Program-made: the position numbers and the translations under genes
Shown here: one piece after another, positions 1 to 13,081 of the stretch
Position numbering within the stretch: position 1 is the stretch's first letter
How the letters are laid out: the number at the start of each line of letters is the position of its first letter
From: Octopus sinensis
Taxonomy: Eukaryota
Length of the DNA stretch: 64,000 nucleotides
Assembly: GCF_006345805.1 (NCBI RefSeq)
Contig: NC_043005.1
Location: 72,912,001-72,976,000, forward strand
Reading direction: 5' to 3'
Notes under the pieces: generated by a model
Told to the model about the DNA's origin: nothing
What the model saw: the letters and a program-made list of their open reading frames with translations, nothing else
The model's database searches: none

Positions 1-229
1 AGAAAATTATAGTGTCATATAGTCAGTTGCCGTCCTCTTGCTTTAAGCACGCCTCCCACCGCCACATATATAATTTTTTTATATGAAGACATAGGTCACC
101 GAAGTCGGAAACATTGTTAGGTCTCTTTCTCTCTCTCTCTCCTCCTCCTCCTCTCTCTCTCTCTCTTTCTTTAAATGTGTGTGTGTGTGTGTGTGTGCGT
201 GTGCATGCATGTGTGTGTATCTTTTACAT

Positions 230-409
230 TTTCAGTCATAGAACTGTGACATTGCTGGGGTACCCCCATGAAGGGTTTAGGCGAACAAATCGACCTCAGT
301 TCTCTTTTTTCCTTAGAATCTGGTACTTATTCTGTCGGGCAATTTTGCCGAACTGCAAAGTTACGGAGATGTGAACAAACTAAAAGTTCTCAAACGGTGG
401 TAAGGAATA

Positions 410-453
<44 letters not shown>

Positions 454-707
454 AACACACACTTGCATACTCGCACACACGCAGGCACACACATAGTCGC
501 ATACTCACCCCCATACACCCTCAAACACACACACGCGCGCACACACACACACCAGGAATTTCTTCAGTTTTCGTCTATCAAATTCATCCACAAAGCATTG
601 GTAAGCCAAAGGCTACAATAGAAGACATTTGCCCAAGGCAGTGTGCAGTGGGGCTGAACCCTAAACCACATGGTCACAAAGCGAGCTTTTTAACCACATA
701 TATACAT
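230..707 (-). mobile_element. Degraded tRNA-derived SINE (family A) with internal (CA)n
   Basis: Reverse complement of the family A body seen at 22465 (cagtcat...ctgg, cttattctgtcgggc, gcagtggggctgaacc); many substitutions. Confidence 0.75.
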
Positions 708-856
708 GTATATATCTATAACCTGCGTGCATGTTTGTATACATAGAGTATAGTTGTACCATGGAACAGTACGCTTCTACGAGCGGTCACATACACACGT
801 TGTACATGCTTGCTCAAAATGTGTTGATATAAAAGTGACACATTCAAACAATGCGT

Positions 857-1275
857 TACTCTTTTACTTGTTTCAGTCATTTGACTGCGGCCATACTGGA
901 GCACCGCCTTTAGTCGAGCAAATCGATCCCAGGATTTATTCTTTGTAAGCCTAGTACTTATTCTATCGGTCTCTTTTGCCGAACTGCTGGGTTACGGGCA
1001 CGTAAACACAGCAGCATCGGTTGTCAAGCGATGTTGGTGGGGGACAAACACAGACAAGTACACACACACACACACAAATACACACACATACACATATATA
1101 AATACATATATACGACGTGCTTCTTTCAGTTTCCGTCTACCAAATTCACTCACAAGGCTTTGGTCTGCCCGAGGCTATAGTAGAAGACACTTGGCCAAGG
1201 TGTCACGCAGTGGGACTGAACCCGGAACATGTGGTTGGTAAGCAAGCTACTTACAACACAGCCACTCCTGCACCG
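857..1275 (-). mobile_element. tRNA-derived SINE family A, full length
   Basis: ttactcttttacttgtttcagtcatttgactgcggcc at the tail to cacagccactcctgcacc at the head; matches the + copies at 22465 and 49833 in reverse. Confidence 0.9.
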
Positions 1276-2061
1276 TTAATGTAGAATATATTTTTCGATT
1301 AGCACGAATTTAATTTTCGATTACCACGACCACTTTGTTTATAAGCGCCATCATTATGCTTCTGTTTTTGTGATAGTGCATGTGTTTTGTATATCTGTAT
1401 TTGTGTATGCACGTCTTTGTGCACCTGTGTACATGCATATCAGTACTTACGTTACAACAGCAATCCTGCAGCAATCTCTGTCTCCGAAAGATACTTCTCG
1501 TTCAGCACGCATTTATTGTTTGCTTTCAAGATCCACTGAAAACATGGCTTTATTATCACGTTCTTTCTTATTATTTCTGAAACAAGAGAATAAGGAGCGT
1601 AGATGTCCTTGTTGAGAGCTGCAGATATATCTGACTTTATTGCACTTTAGGCAGTTTCTCAACTGATCTTCTTTGTTAACACGAATGTTTTTATTTAATG
1701 ATGTTCTATGAAGTCAAAAGGCCAAAATCCTTTTATCAGCTTTCAGCACTTTAGAATGTTTGTATGAGTGCATGTGTGTGTGTGTGAATGTGTATGTGTG
1801 TGTGAATGTGTATGTGTGTATATGTGTATGTGTGTGTGAATGTGTATGTGTGTATATGTGTATGTGTGTGTGTTTGTGTATGTGTGTGTGTTTGTGTATG
1901 TGTGTGCATGTGTGCGTACGCTTGCAGCGTATAACACCATATGTTTTAAGTGAAGCCCGTTACAAAATGATGGCCAACGTAAATCATTTTCAAACTATAA
2001 ATCTTCCTTGTTGTTCTACTGAAAACATAGATATTCTTCTCCTTATTGTCTGTACTTAAGA

Positions 2062-2116
<55 letters not shown>

Positions 2117-3061
2117 GAGACAGAGAGAGAGAGAGATCTAGTGATTATAAGCATGAAGTGCAGCGTCAAAATTCTAAAGTTCTGATTAAGTTTTGTATCT
2201 CTATCTTCAACAGGTTTTTATTTGCATTTAGCGGCAGTGATGGAGAACAATTGCATTGATATGACGTGCTTCTGAATAACGAGACTAAAGGAATCAACCA
2301 ACTGTTAAAGTTCAATATTGACTTTATTTCCATATTGTACGAGAACAACATGAAGGCAATATCCATGGGCTGATATAAGTGATACCAAATTGTCATAATC
2401 ACTTGACAAAATGAAAAAGAAAGCAAAAAAAAAAAACAAAAAAAACCCATCTTCCAACGTTCAGTTCCACTTTCAAATTCTCAAATGATCTGTGAAAAAG
2501 CAAAGCTTTTTTAAATAATAAAGTGTTTAAGATGATCAGCGGAGAATTATTCAACAGCTTCTGCACATTTGTAGACAATTTTAGAAGTTAAAATAATTGA
2601 GGAACTGGAAAATCATCGAGTTTCTCAACTGTTTGTGGCACAAGAGTTGACACATCAGGCTGATAATACAGAAGAAAGGATGCATAATTACTCTAATTAG
2701 GAACTCAGATATTCTGCGTTTGTGAAACAGCGCAAGGCAAACAAGTAATACTACAACTGAAAGAAGCAACAAAACTGACAAAGTTGGGCTGCTGGTGGGA
2801 ATGACTTTGTCCAAAGAATTTTAATCATTACAAATATCTCTCCGTTTACAACTGGTTTCCATTTAGTACACATTCTTTTATATCGATCAACAATCCCTAG
2901 GGAAAAATATTACAGGTGACTGGATTATAACTGGAAGGTGTCTGTTTCTCGGATAATCAATGGTGACCTACACCATGAGTCGGTGCCCAAAAAGCGCTCC
3001 AAACGTTTTTTCACAAGGGAAAATAAAGAATATTGTTTATAAAAAACAATTTTGATATTCT

Positions 3062-3478
3062 TTTACTCTTTTACTTGTTTCAGTCATTTGACTGCAGCCA
3101 TGCTGGAGCACCGCCATTAGTCGAGCGAATCGACCCCAGGACTTATTCTTTGTAAGCCTAGTACTTATTCTATCGGTCTTTTTTGCTGAACCGCCAAGTT
3201 ATGGGGACGTAAACACACCAGCATCGGCTGTCAAGCGATGTTAGGGGACAAAGACACACAAACATACACACACGCACACAGACACACAAACACACACACA
3301 CACATATATATACATATATACGACGGGCTTCTTTTAGTTACCGTTTACCAAATCCACTCACAAGGCTGTTGGTCGGCCCGAGGCTATAGTAGAAGACACT
3401 TGCCCAAGGTGCCACACAGTGGGAATGAACCCGGAAGCATGTGGTTGGTAAGCAAGCTACTTACCACACAGCCACTCA
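3062..3478 (-). mobile_element. tRNA-derived SINE family A, full length
   Basis: Same head, body, internal microsatellite and tail as the copy at 857-1275. Confidence 0.9.
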
Positions 3479-3595
3479 TACTTTCAGAAGTTCATTCTCC
3501 TTAACATTCATTCTTTGAATTTTGTACTCCAAGCAACGCCGAGTCCACTCACGCACATTCTCTCACATATATAAGCAAGTAAATTCATGCGCACG

Positions 3596-3640
<45 letters not shown>

Positions 3641-3904
3641 ACATGCATATTTATTGGAAACAGTCTATATTCTCAGAGAAACTAAGAATACATATTGTAT
3701 TCATATTGTATCAAAAACTAAGTATATATATTGAATAATAGTGTATACAGCCAAGAATATATTAGAAAAGCAATTATTTTTCAGTGATTAAATAAATTAC
3801 TATAGAATTGGAATACATATCTTCTAAGAAATTTTAAAAAAATATTAAACATAAAATATCTTTTTCTTTTATATATTTGTTGAGTTCGCAATTTGTGCAT
3901 TTCT

Positions 3905-4293
3905 ATGGTGGAAGCACTCCGTCGGTTACGACGACGAGGGTTCTGGTTGATCCGAATCAACGGAACAGCCTGCTCGTGAAATTAACGTGTAAGTGGCTGA
4001 GCACTCCACAGACACGTGCACCCTTAACGTAGTTCTCGAGGATATTCAGCGTGACACAGAGAGTGACAAGGCCGGCCCTTTGAAATACAGATACAACAGA
4101 ACCAGGAAGTAAGAGTGAGAGAAAGTTGTGGTGAAAGAGTACAGCAGGGATCACCACCATCCCCTGCCGGAGCCTCGTGGAACTTTAGGTGTCTTCGCTC
4201 AATAAACACTCACAACGCCCGGTCTGGGAATCGAAACCGCGATCCTATGACCGCGAGTCCGCTGCCCTAACCACTGGGCCATTGCGCCTCCAC
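3905..4293 (-). mobile_element. tRNA-derived SINE family C
   Basis: Minus strand begins gtggaggcgcaaTGGCCCAGTGGttagggcagcggactcgcgg...GTTTCGATTCCc (A and B boxes); the 5' part is shared with 35515-35820. Confidence 0.85.
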
Positions 4294-4746
4294 GCATTTC
4301 TATGACGCTCACTAAGAACCCTCTTCTGATTGGCTAGGATGTACTAATTTCCGGTAAATCAACATACCCGGACAAAATGCGAACTGTTTGCATCTTTTTC
4401 AAGGAATATTCAAAAGCACAGTATATTTGCATGTGTGTGTGAGCGAGTGAGTGAGTGTGTATGTGTGTGTGTGTGTGTGTGTGCGTTCGTGTGGAAAAGT
4501 TCATCTCGCTGATGAAGTCAATATTTATGCTGTTCAGGATAACGAATTACTTGGAGCTGCACATATAGTACGGAGATTGCAGTCGACTAAGCGCAGCATC
4601 TTCCCTTTATCTTCTCAATCATAGTTTCGACTCGGTTCTATAGGATATAAACGGGGAGTACGAAACGAACAGCAAAAGCAACCATCATAATAATAATAGT
4701 GCTATGTGTAAATGTATATTTTATGTTTTAAGTTAACTCTCTCTCT

Positions 4747-5143
4747 CTTTACTCTTTTACTTGTTTCAGTCATTTGACTGCGGCCATGCTGGAGCACCGC
4801 CTTTAATCGAGCAACTCGACCCCGGGATTTATTCTTTTGTAAGCCCAGTACTTATTCTATCGGTCTCTTTTGCCGAACCGCTAAGTAACGGGGACATAAA
4901 CACACCAGCATCGGTTGTCAAGCAATGCTAGGGGGACAAACACAGACACACAAACACACACACGCATATATATATACATATATACGACGGGCTTCTTTCA
5001 GTTTCCGTCTACCAAATCCACTCAGAAGGCATTGGTTGGGCCGAGGCTATAGTAGAAGACACCTGCCCAAGGAGTCACGCAGTGGGACTGAACCCGGAAC
5101 CATGTTGGTAAACAAGCTACCTACCACACAGCCACTCCTGCGC
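4747..5143 (-). mobile_element. tRNA-derived SINE family A, full length
   Basis: Same sequence family as 857-1275. Confidence 0.9.
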
Positions 5144-5230
5144 CTATTTTGATTAAATCCTTAAATCCTTAAAAATGCTTCAGCCCGAAGACTGCGGCCA
5201 TGCTGGAGCACCACCGTTTAATGAGCTACA

Positions 5231-5620
5231 CTAGTATGTGAACCCACATCTGATACGTGGCACTTGATCAACAAGGGAGTTCGACGCCGCTGCCCGCATC
5301 TGTGTTTCCTGCCGAGATGTAGGTTCATCTGGAACCCCTGACAAGAAGAGATCCAGTTTAGTTTTAAAGAAACCCACATCCACACCATGCAGGTCTCTCA
5401 GGCATTTAGGAAGGATATTGAAGAGCTGTGGTCCCCTGAAACCCAAGCTGTTGCAGTATCTGGTCCTGCATTTTGATGGTGATGTTGGGATCCTTGGCAC
5501 CATGCAGTCTTTCCCAGTAGCTGATATGTTGCATTGAGATGATCTTCTTAGTGTAGCTTCATTGGATTGCTTCGAGTTCTGATGTTATCTTTATATTGAT
5601 TACTGTACAATTTTGAAGAT
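5231..5620 (-). mobile_element. CR1/L2-group LINE 3' fragment (end of ORF2), internally deleted
   Basis: Minus-strand translation ELEAIQ*SYTKKIISMQHISYWERL is joined directly to MVPRIPTSPSKCRTRYCNSLGFRGPQLFNILP...AASNSLVDQ; homologous to the C-terminus at 12410-12878. Confidence 0.85.
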
Positions 5621-6437
5621 TCCTGTCTCTTAGTCACATAACACAAGGTTTCCACCACTTGGTAGAATTCAGATCTTTCTAGGATTTTACTTCTAAAAGA
5701 CCCGAGCTTTTACTTTAAACGTACAGATGTAGTCGGTCCACGTTTTACTTCTCATTTTATTTGTTGTTTCAAGCGAGATGTAAGATTAGAAACGTTTCTC
5801 TATAATCTTTGTTCCTGACATGTCTTTGCAAATACTTCAGAAGTTCTGTAGAGGCTGAGCACTTAAATTATTGTTTCTACGTAGCAGAGTTTATCTAGAG
5901 GCTATGTATTAAGGTAGTTGGATGACTATCTGTCTATTTACACACGCACACATTCACGCGCACTCATACACAAATACACTCATGGTCCATATGTATAATT
6001 ACAATGGACCTAAGAAAAAATAATGCGGAACCTAAAAAAAGATGATAGGATGCATTCATCGTATAAATACAAGTAGGTATGCAGATCTATATGGCAAATA
6101 GAGATATAAGTAGATGTAGCGTTTTAAAAATTGCTTAGAAATTAGGTACTTCATACATATATATTTTTTTATTCGTTCCAGTCTAAAGAGTGTGCCCATT
6201 TTATTAATATATCATCTCTCTCTCTATATATATATTTATATATATATATACGGCAAGTGTATCTCCCTCTCTCTCTATATATGTATTTATGTATATATAT
6301 GTATATGTATGCATATATATACATATGTATATATATGTATATATATGTGCATATATATATGTAAGTATATATGTATATATATATATATGTATGTATAGAT
6401 ATCTGTATATATATATATATGTCTGTGTGTGTGACTG

Positions 6438-6489
<52 letters not shown>

Positions 6490-6511
6490 TATGTATGCAA
6501 TTGTATGCCTG

Positions 6512-6544
<33 letters not shown>

Positions 6545-6589
6545 TAATGCATGCAAATATACTTCTATGTATGTATCTATCTACGGAAA

Positions 6590-6966
6590 AAAATTACAAA
6601 AGAAGTGCGCTCTTCAGATGTTTGCGCAACGCAGCAGCTGAGCAAGAGTCTTTTTTGTACATGGCACAAAAAATTGTGCAGCAGCGGAACTGGCTGCGCA
6701 AGACCACCACAGTCAACAAACACGGAATGGCCTCCCCTAACGCCTGCACGGTCGTCACGCCAATATTTTTATCTAAATATTGGGGGCTTGTTGCATCGTA
6801 ATAAAAGCAAAAGTTCATTCCCGAGAGATCTTGCTGCATGCAATCAAGCCCTATGCATAGCACTCGTGGAAACTCATCGCAGCCCTGATATAGAGGATGC
6901 AGAAGTACACGTGCCAAAATATGCAACACTGCGAACAGACAGAACTGAAAGGAGCCATGGTGGAAA
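6590..6966 (+). mobile_element. LINE fragment: ORF1 end plus N-terminus of the apurinic-like endonuclease
   Basis: ORF 6551-7000 reads FYLNIGGL...CIALVETH..PDIEDAEVHVPKYATLRTDRTERSHGG (APE motifs I-III), then is truncated. Confidence 0.8.
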
Positions 6967-6993
6967 TAGATTTATAAATCATGCGTCAAAGCT

Positions 6994-7409
6994 TTATTGA
7001 AACTTTTCGACATGCATTCCATTTGTATCCCTGTAAATTTCGAATCTATCTTTTGCGTTGCGAAACACATTTTGAAGCATTTCAGCAGTTATTTCCTGCA
7101 CTGCTAACTGAATGCATTCTTTAAGTTTAGCTATACTGTACCTCCAACCCCAGAAAATTATTGCAGCCAAATTGAAAAACAAAAAAAAAAAGAGCTGCTG
7201 TATCAGCAAGATTCAACAGAAATGAAAACAAAATCAATAAAAAAATATTAAAAAATTATAAAAATTATAAACAAAATAAAAACAAATTTATACATTTTTA
7301 ATACATGATTTATACATTTATACATTTTTAATACATGATAAACATAAATGTGGTTTTAAAAAAAAAAATTCCGATTTCACTGAAATAGGTAGTTAATTGT
7401 GGGACACTG
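6994..7409 (-). mobile_element. Internally deleted Tc1/mariner remnant
   Basis: Minus-strand FWG..KLKECIQLAVQEITAEMLQNVFRNAKDRFEIYRDTNGMHVEK resembles a transposase C-terminus; TA-CAGTGTCCCACAATTAACTACC TIR-like end at 7409-7381. Confidence 0.6.
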
Positions 7410-7758
7410 TATATACAGACGCGTGCAACATATATGCAAATACATATAGGTAGTGTTTGCTTATTTGCCAAAAATTGCTTGGCATACATTGCTTACTTAG
7501 CATATCATAAGTTTTCGAAGTAATCTTTTGATACGCGCTTTAAAGCAAGAACAATTATGTTTATTCACTTTGCAGTCGTTTACTTCTGATGTTTGGCGAA
7601 TTTACGAAGGAATTTTTAAGATTTTGACAAATATTTGATTTTCATGCTTCTCTAACGTGTCATCATGCAAACTGAAGTGTAAAATGATGGAGATGTGATT
7701 TATAAAGATATTATTTAAAAAAAGACATATACGACAAATTTCAATATCGCGTATGTAC

Positions 7759-7770
7759 CTATATATATAT

Positions 7771-7824
<54 letters not shown>

Positions 7825-7841
7825 ATATATATATATACATA

Positions 7842-7886
<45 letters not shown>

Positions 7887-7887
7887 C

Positions 7888-7952
<65 letters not shown>

Positions 7953-8014
7953 CATATATATATATTATATACATATATATATATACATATATATTATATA
8001 CATATATTATATAC

Positions 8015-8053
<39 letters not shown>

Positions 8054-8109
8054 CATAATATATATATACATATATATATACATATATATATATATACATA
8101 TATATATAC

Positions 8110-8142
<33 letters not shown>
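7759..8142. repeat. (TA)n/(TATACA)n microsatellite, left flank of the LINE
   Basis: Directly visible repeat. Confidence 0.95.
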
Positions 8143-8144
<2 letters not shown>

Positions 8145-8607
8145 ATCCTGAAGCTGAGACGATAAGACGTGTTTTTACTCCTCTCGCCGGTCAGCAGCAA
8201 GCTTCACAGCTACATTCGTCGTAATTGACCATCACATATATTCCTGTATATTTGAAAACACGCTTTTTCCCAACTCGTGAGTAGACTTTTCCTTAACCAC
8301 AAACTATTTTCCTAATTTTCAAACGACCAAATATTTTCAAACACCTTCTGATAACTAAAGGATCACCCACACATTAAAAATTAGAAAAAGAGGGAAAAAA
8401 AAGAAAAGAAAAAAAAGATAAAATAACTACAGCTCATAATTCAAATACAAACTTCTCAGTATTACAGCAAACATTCTGTACAATCAATTCTACATACTTC
8501 TCCTTAAAAAAAAATAATAAATAAATAAAATAAAATAAAATAAAATAATTAAAAGTAATCAACAAAACAAACGAACAAAATAAATTTAATAAAACATATC
8601 AACCAGA

Positions 8608-9900
8608 ATGGCTAGCCACCAAAAATCCAACAAAACTGGTCTGATAATGAAGTCGACGTTCTTATCAACACATGGCATGGCCTTACCGAAACAGAGAGCA
8701 TAGGTGCTTCGTATCTGAACGAAATTGCTAAACGAGCAGTTCACCATTTGCAAACTCGATCGGAACAGCAGATACAAAATAAATTAAAACAAATCGAAGT
8801 TGCTTTTAATTAATAAATAAACACTTCGATAAACTGAGATGTGTTTTCTCTTCGAACGCATCACTGGCGCAACAACAACAACAACAACCTCAACAACAAC
8901 AAACTCAGCGGCAACAACAACAACAGCTACAGCAACAGTAACAACTTCAGCAGCAACAACCTCAGCGGCAACAACAACAACAACCTCAACAACAAACTCA
9001 GCGGCAACAACAACAACAGATACAGCAACAACAACAGGATGAACCACTCCTCGATTCATCTACAATGGCCGATTGCTAAACGAAACGATTGACCCCCTAG
9101 TCATCAGGGTCACACAGCAGGAAGCACCACCCCTTCCTTTCACTGCCCCAGCAGCTCAATCATCATCATTGTCAACACCATCTCCTCTGCTTACTACTAC
9201 TAGTACAACTCCAACTATGTATCGACAAACATCTTTGTCTTGGAATCGACCTCCTCAATCATTACCACTGTCAACATCTCTTCTACCTACTACTACTACT
9301 ACAACTACTACTACTAATGCTATCTCAAGGAATTTACCTCCTACAGGTCACAAAGGTCGCCAAAACTCCAACAAACTATCATCTACACCTTTCACAACTC
9401 ACACACACACACGTACCTACACACCCACTCGAAACCCCATCATTTGCCGATATTCTCTTCGCCATAGACTGTGCACTGATAGAGACTGCAAATTCACCCA
9501 TTTACCTGGAACAAAACGCTCTATCCCCACAAACTACAACAGCAACCACCATAATACAACACCACCACAACCACCAATATCTCAAACAAGGAATCCCCAA
9601 ATCTGCCGCTATTCCCAGCGAGACAGATTGTGTCTGCACAGGGATTGCCCCTTTACCCATCTCCCGGGGACTCGTCGGACATTTAAAGATAACCACTCAC
9701 ATAAAAATAGCCGCGGCCACAGTCACCTGCGGTTCCCTAGACAGGAAACCACCTCTCCTTCCTCTTTTTTAGCTATGATGAATCTAGCAAAAGAACTGGA
9801 AAAAAACATCCGAGCTATCACCCACCACCATCCACCACAAATACCCACACTGCACATGCCATTAAAAAGCAATCAAATAAACAAATCACCAAAACAATTA
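8608..9900 (+). pseudogene. LINE ORF1 remnant: Myb/SANT-like N-terminus, Thr-rich linker, two CCCH zinc fingers
   Basis: 8637-8810 reads WSDNEVDVLINTW...YLNEIAKRAV...TRSEQQIQNKLKQIE. C-x8-C-x4-C-x3-H at 9445-9501 and 9604-9660. Frameshifts near 8635 and 8810-8840; single TGA at 9040. Confidence 0.7.
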
Positions 9901-9909
9901 AAACCATCC

Positions 9910-12878
9910 ACTCTCGCCTCAACATTTCTGCTTAATGCCCAAGGCATCAGCCCTTCCACCAATACACAAAAATGGAAGATAAGATTCCTGGAGGACTGGG
10001 TCGAGGCCCATCCAAACCACATCCCTTTCTTCGTCCTCACTGAAACCCATCTTAGTGACCTCCATTGAAGCCGAGGTCGAGGTGAAAGTTAAAAATTTCA
10101 AAACCATTCGTGCTGATCGTGCTGGCAGAAGAAAGGGTGGGACTGCCATTTATGTCCATGATTCATTCTCAACAGAAGCCATGAACATATTTTCGAATGG
10201 ATATGCGAAGCAGTCGCTGTATTCAGTCATCAAACCAACAACTTAACAGTAGTTGGCTCTACAGACCACCCCAAACGCCCCTACCATGCTTCAAGGAATG
10301 CCTCAACAGCATAAAGTGTTTCATTCAGCAGTGTCAACCTGATAACATTTTAATGATGGGAGACTTCAACCTTCCCGGGGTTGACTGGTCTACAAACAGT
10401 CTGCCGCCAGGTTCTTCTCTCTCAACCCCTGACAGGGAGGCAGTGGAATCGCTTCTTGACTTCATGGATGACTTCTTCTTGTCCCAACTGGTACTCGAAC
10501 CAACGAGATGTCACAAAAACGTCTTAGACTTAATTTTCAGCAATCACACTGATACTATCCACAATATTGCAGTGGAGAAAACCCTACTCTCCGACCATGA
10601 CATGGTTCTCTGTGATCTGAGATTTCACTGGCCAAAATGCAAAAACAATGTCATCCCTCCTGTTCATCCATTTGACACTATGGATTTCCACAATGCAAAC
10701 TGGGAAGCGATCAATAATGATCTTGCACAAGTCGATTGGTCCTTCACGCACACATACACACCCACTAACATTAAAAAGTCCTGGCAGTCACTTGTAGACA
10801 TCATCACGAACATATGTGCAAGACACACCCCATTAAGATCTGCAAACAAATCTAAGTGTCGAATCCCTAGAAATAGAAAATCTCTCATAAGGAAAATTAA
10901 AAGAATCAACAAAAAGATCAACATGCTGAAATACTGTCAACAGCAACACACCAACCTGACTGCCATCTCGTCGCTAGAGATTAAAAAACATAAACTCCAA
11001 AACAACATGATGTCTATCATCAATAGTCAGCGAAGAGCTGAAGAGGCCTGAGCCATTGAGAAGATCAAACTCAATCCCAAAGTGTTCTTTTCATTTGCAA
11101 AAAAACACAGAGTCACTGGTTCTACTGTTGGCCCTCTGATTGATGAAAATGGTACTCTTCAAGACAATGCCAAAACCATGTGAGAGATATTGCAGAAACA
11201 ATATTGCTCTGTTTTCAGCAATCCTGATATGACTGATCTGGGCTGTATCAGTGATGTTACTCCCCAATACACTTTATCGGACATAACATTTGGCGCTCCT
11301 GATGTCTTTGCAGCAATAAAGGAAATGAAGCATAATTCAGCAGTAGGTCCCGATAGGTTCCCTGCTTGTGTCTTGAAGATGTGTCAAAACCAACTCGCAC
11401 CCCCTCTAGCCAATCTGTGGCGGAACTCACTGGATGCTGGATATATACCAGAGGACCTTCTATCCCAGTCTGTTGTCCCAGTTTTCAAAAAAGGAAACAA
11501 ATCGCTTGCCGTGAATTACCGTCCAATCTCACTCACCTCTCATATCATCAAGGTATTTGAGAGGGTGCTGAGATCGCGTATGACTCACTTCCTTGAGAGG
11601 CATAATATGCTGAACCCCAACCAGCATGGATTCCGTAATGGGAGAGATTGCCTGACGCAGCTACTGCATCATTTTGATGACATTTTGAGAGCCTTGGGAG
11701 AAGGTTCCAACACTGATGTCATCTACCTTGATTTCAGCAAGGCCTTTGACAGGGTTGATCATAAGATCCTTCTGAGAAAGCTGTCCAATATTGGTGTCAC
11801 TGGAAAGTTGCTGCAGTGGATCAAGTGCTTCCTGTCTAACAGAACCCAACATGTTGTAGTCGAAGGAGTCAAATCCAGCCCAGCCAAAGTCAGCAGTGGT
11901 GTCCCACAAGGCACTGTGTTGGGCCCACTTCTCTTCATCATCTACATAAATGATATTACTGATACCATCAAACACAGTAACATCAGAACCTTCGCTGATG
12001 ACTCCAAGCTCCAGAAGGTCATCAATGGCGTGGATGACCGAATAAACCTTCAGTCAGACCTACTGGCTGTTGTCCAATGGGCGGAAAAGAATAACATGTT
12101 GCTAAATGAAGACAAATTTGAACTGATCCACTTTGGAAGGGAGGACGCTCTGAAACTCCCATACTCTCTTCCTTCTGGAGAAATTCTCATGGCATCCAAC
12201 AACATCAGAGACCTGGGAGTAACAGTGGACAACAACATAAGCTGGGCTACACATATAAGCAGCAAAGTTGACATGGCCCGCAGAATGTGTTCCTGGATTC
12301 TCAGAACCTTCCAGTCGAGAGATTCCCACGCTATTATCCTTCTCTTCTCCACTTTTGCCCGACCCACCTTGAATACTGCTGTCCACTGTGGTCTCCCTAC
12401 ACAAAAAAAATATTATGAGAATTGAAGCTCCCCAAAGGTCAATCACAAAAAAGATAGATGGCATGTCAGACCTTGACTACTGGGGTAGACTAGAGAAGCT
12501 GAAATTGTATTCACTCCAACGACGCCGTGAACGCTACATTATCTGTATGATGTGGAAAATATTCCACCAGCACTGTCCGAATGATGTTGGCATCACCTTC
12601 AAAATACATCCAAGGCTTGGACCACGTGCCATCCGTCCACAACAAAAATCTAAATCGCATCACATAACGACAATACGTCACAACTATTTCACCTCAATTG
12701 AACCTGCTCTCTTCAACATTACACCAGGGCACGTCAAAAAAGAAACTAACCACACAAATTCAAGAAGTCTTTGAACAAATTCCTTCAAACAGTAGTACCG
12801 GACAAACCACCCACACCCGGATATGTCTCCGCAAACAATAACTCTCTGCTCGAATGGGGCCTGGTGCCCAAATCCTGA
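9910..12878 (+). pseudogene. LINE ORF2 remnant: APE endonuclease plus reverse transcriptase
   Basis: LLNAQG, TETHL, RADR..RKGG, YRPP, MGDFN, LDLIF, SDHD; RT motifs YRPISLTS, YLDFSKAFD, GVPQGTVLGP and FADD (11991-12002). Stops at 11049 and about 11181; frameshifts near 10060, 10230 and 12365-12410. Confidence 0.92.
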
Positions 12879-12967
12879 ACTGAAAGACTTCACCAGGTGG
12901 TGCTATTAAGTTAGACATGGCCTGGGCCAAACTGGCCAAAACCTTTCAAAGTTATTCTAAGTTAAGT

Positions 12968-12986
12968 TATACATTATATATACATA

Positions 12987-13046
<60 letters not shown>

Positions 13047-13049
13047 CAT

Positions 13050-13081
<32 letters not shown>

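Larger units (their letters stand above)
8143..12967 (+). mobile_element. Near full-length decayed non-LTR retrotransposon (CR1/L2 group)
   Basis: Colinear ORF1 (from 8608), APE, RT and C-terminal ...NNNSLLEW (to 12878), then a short aagtta-type tail; several stops and frameshifts. The 5' boundary is inferred from the end of the (TA)n tract. Confidence 0.9.

Noticed and set aside
2576-2760. Protein-like frame TILEVKIIEELENHRVSQLFVAQEL, possibly a pogo/CENP-B HTH or an exon
   Set aside because: In-frame stops, no TIR or clear donor, and the similarity is too weak to call.
3905-4293. tRNA-like sequences (also 35515-35590, 27548-27610, 61340-61390)
   Set aside because: A and B boxes run directly into SINE bodies and no complete cloverleaf with acceptor stem was found; these are SINE heads, not tRNA genes.
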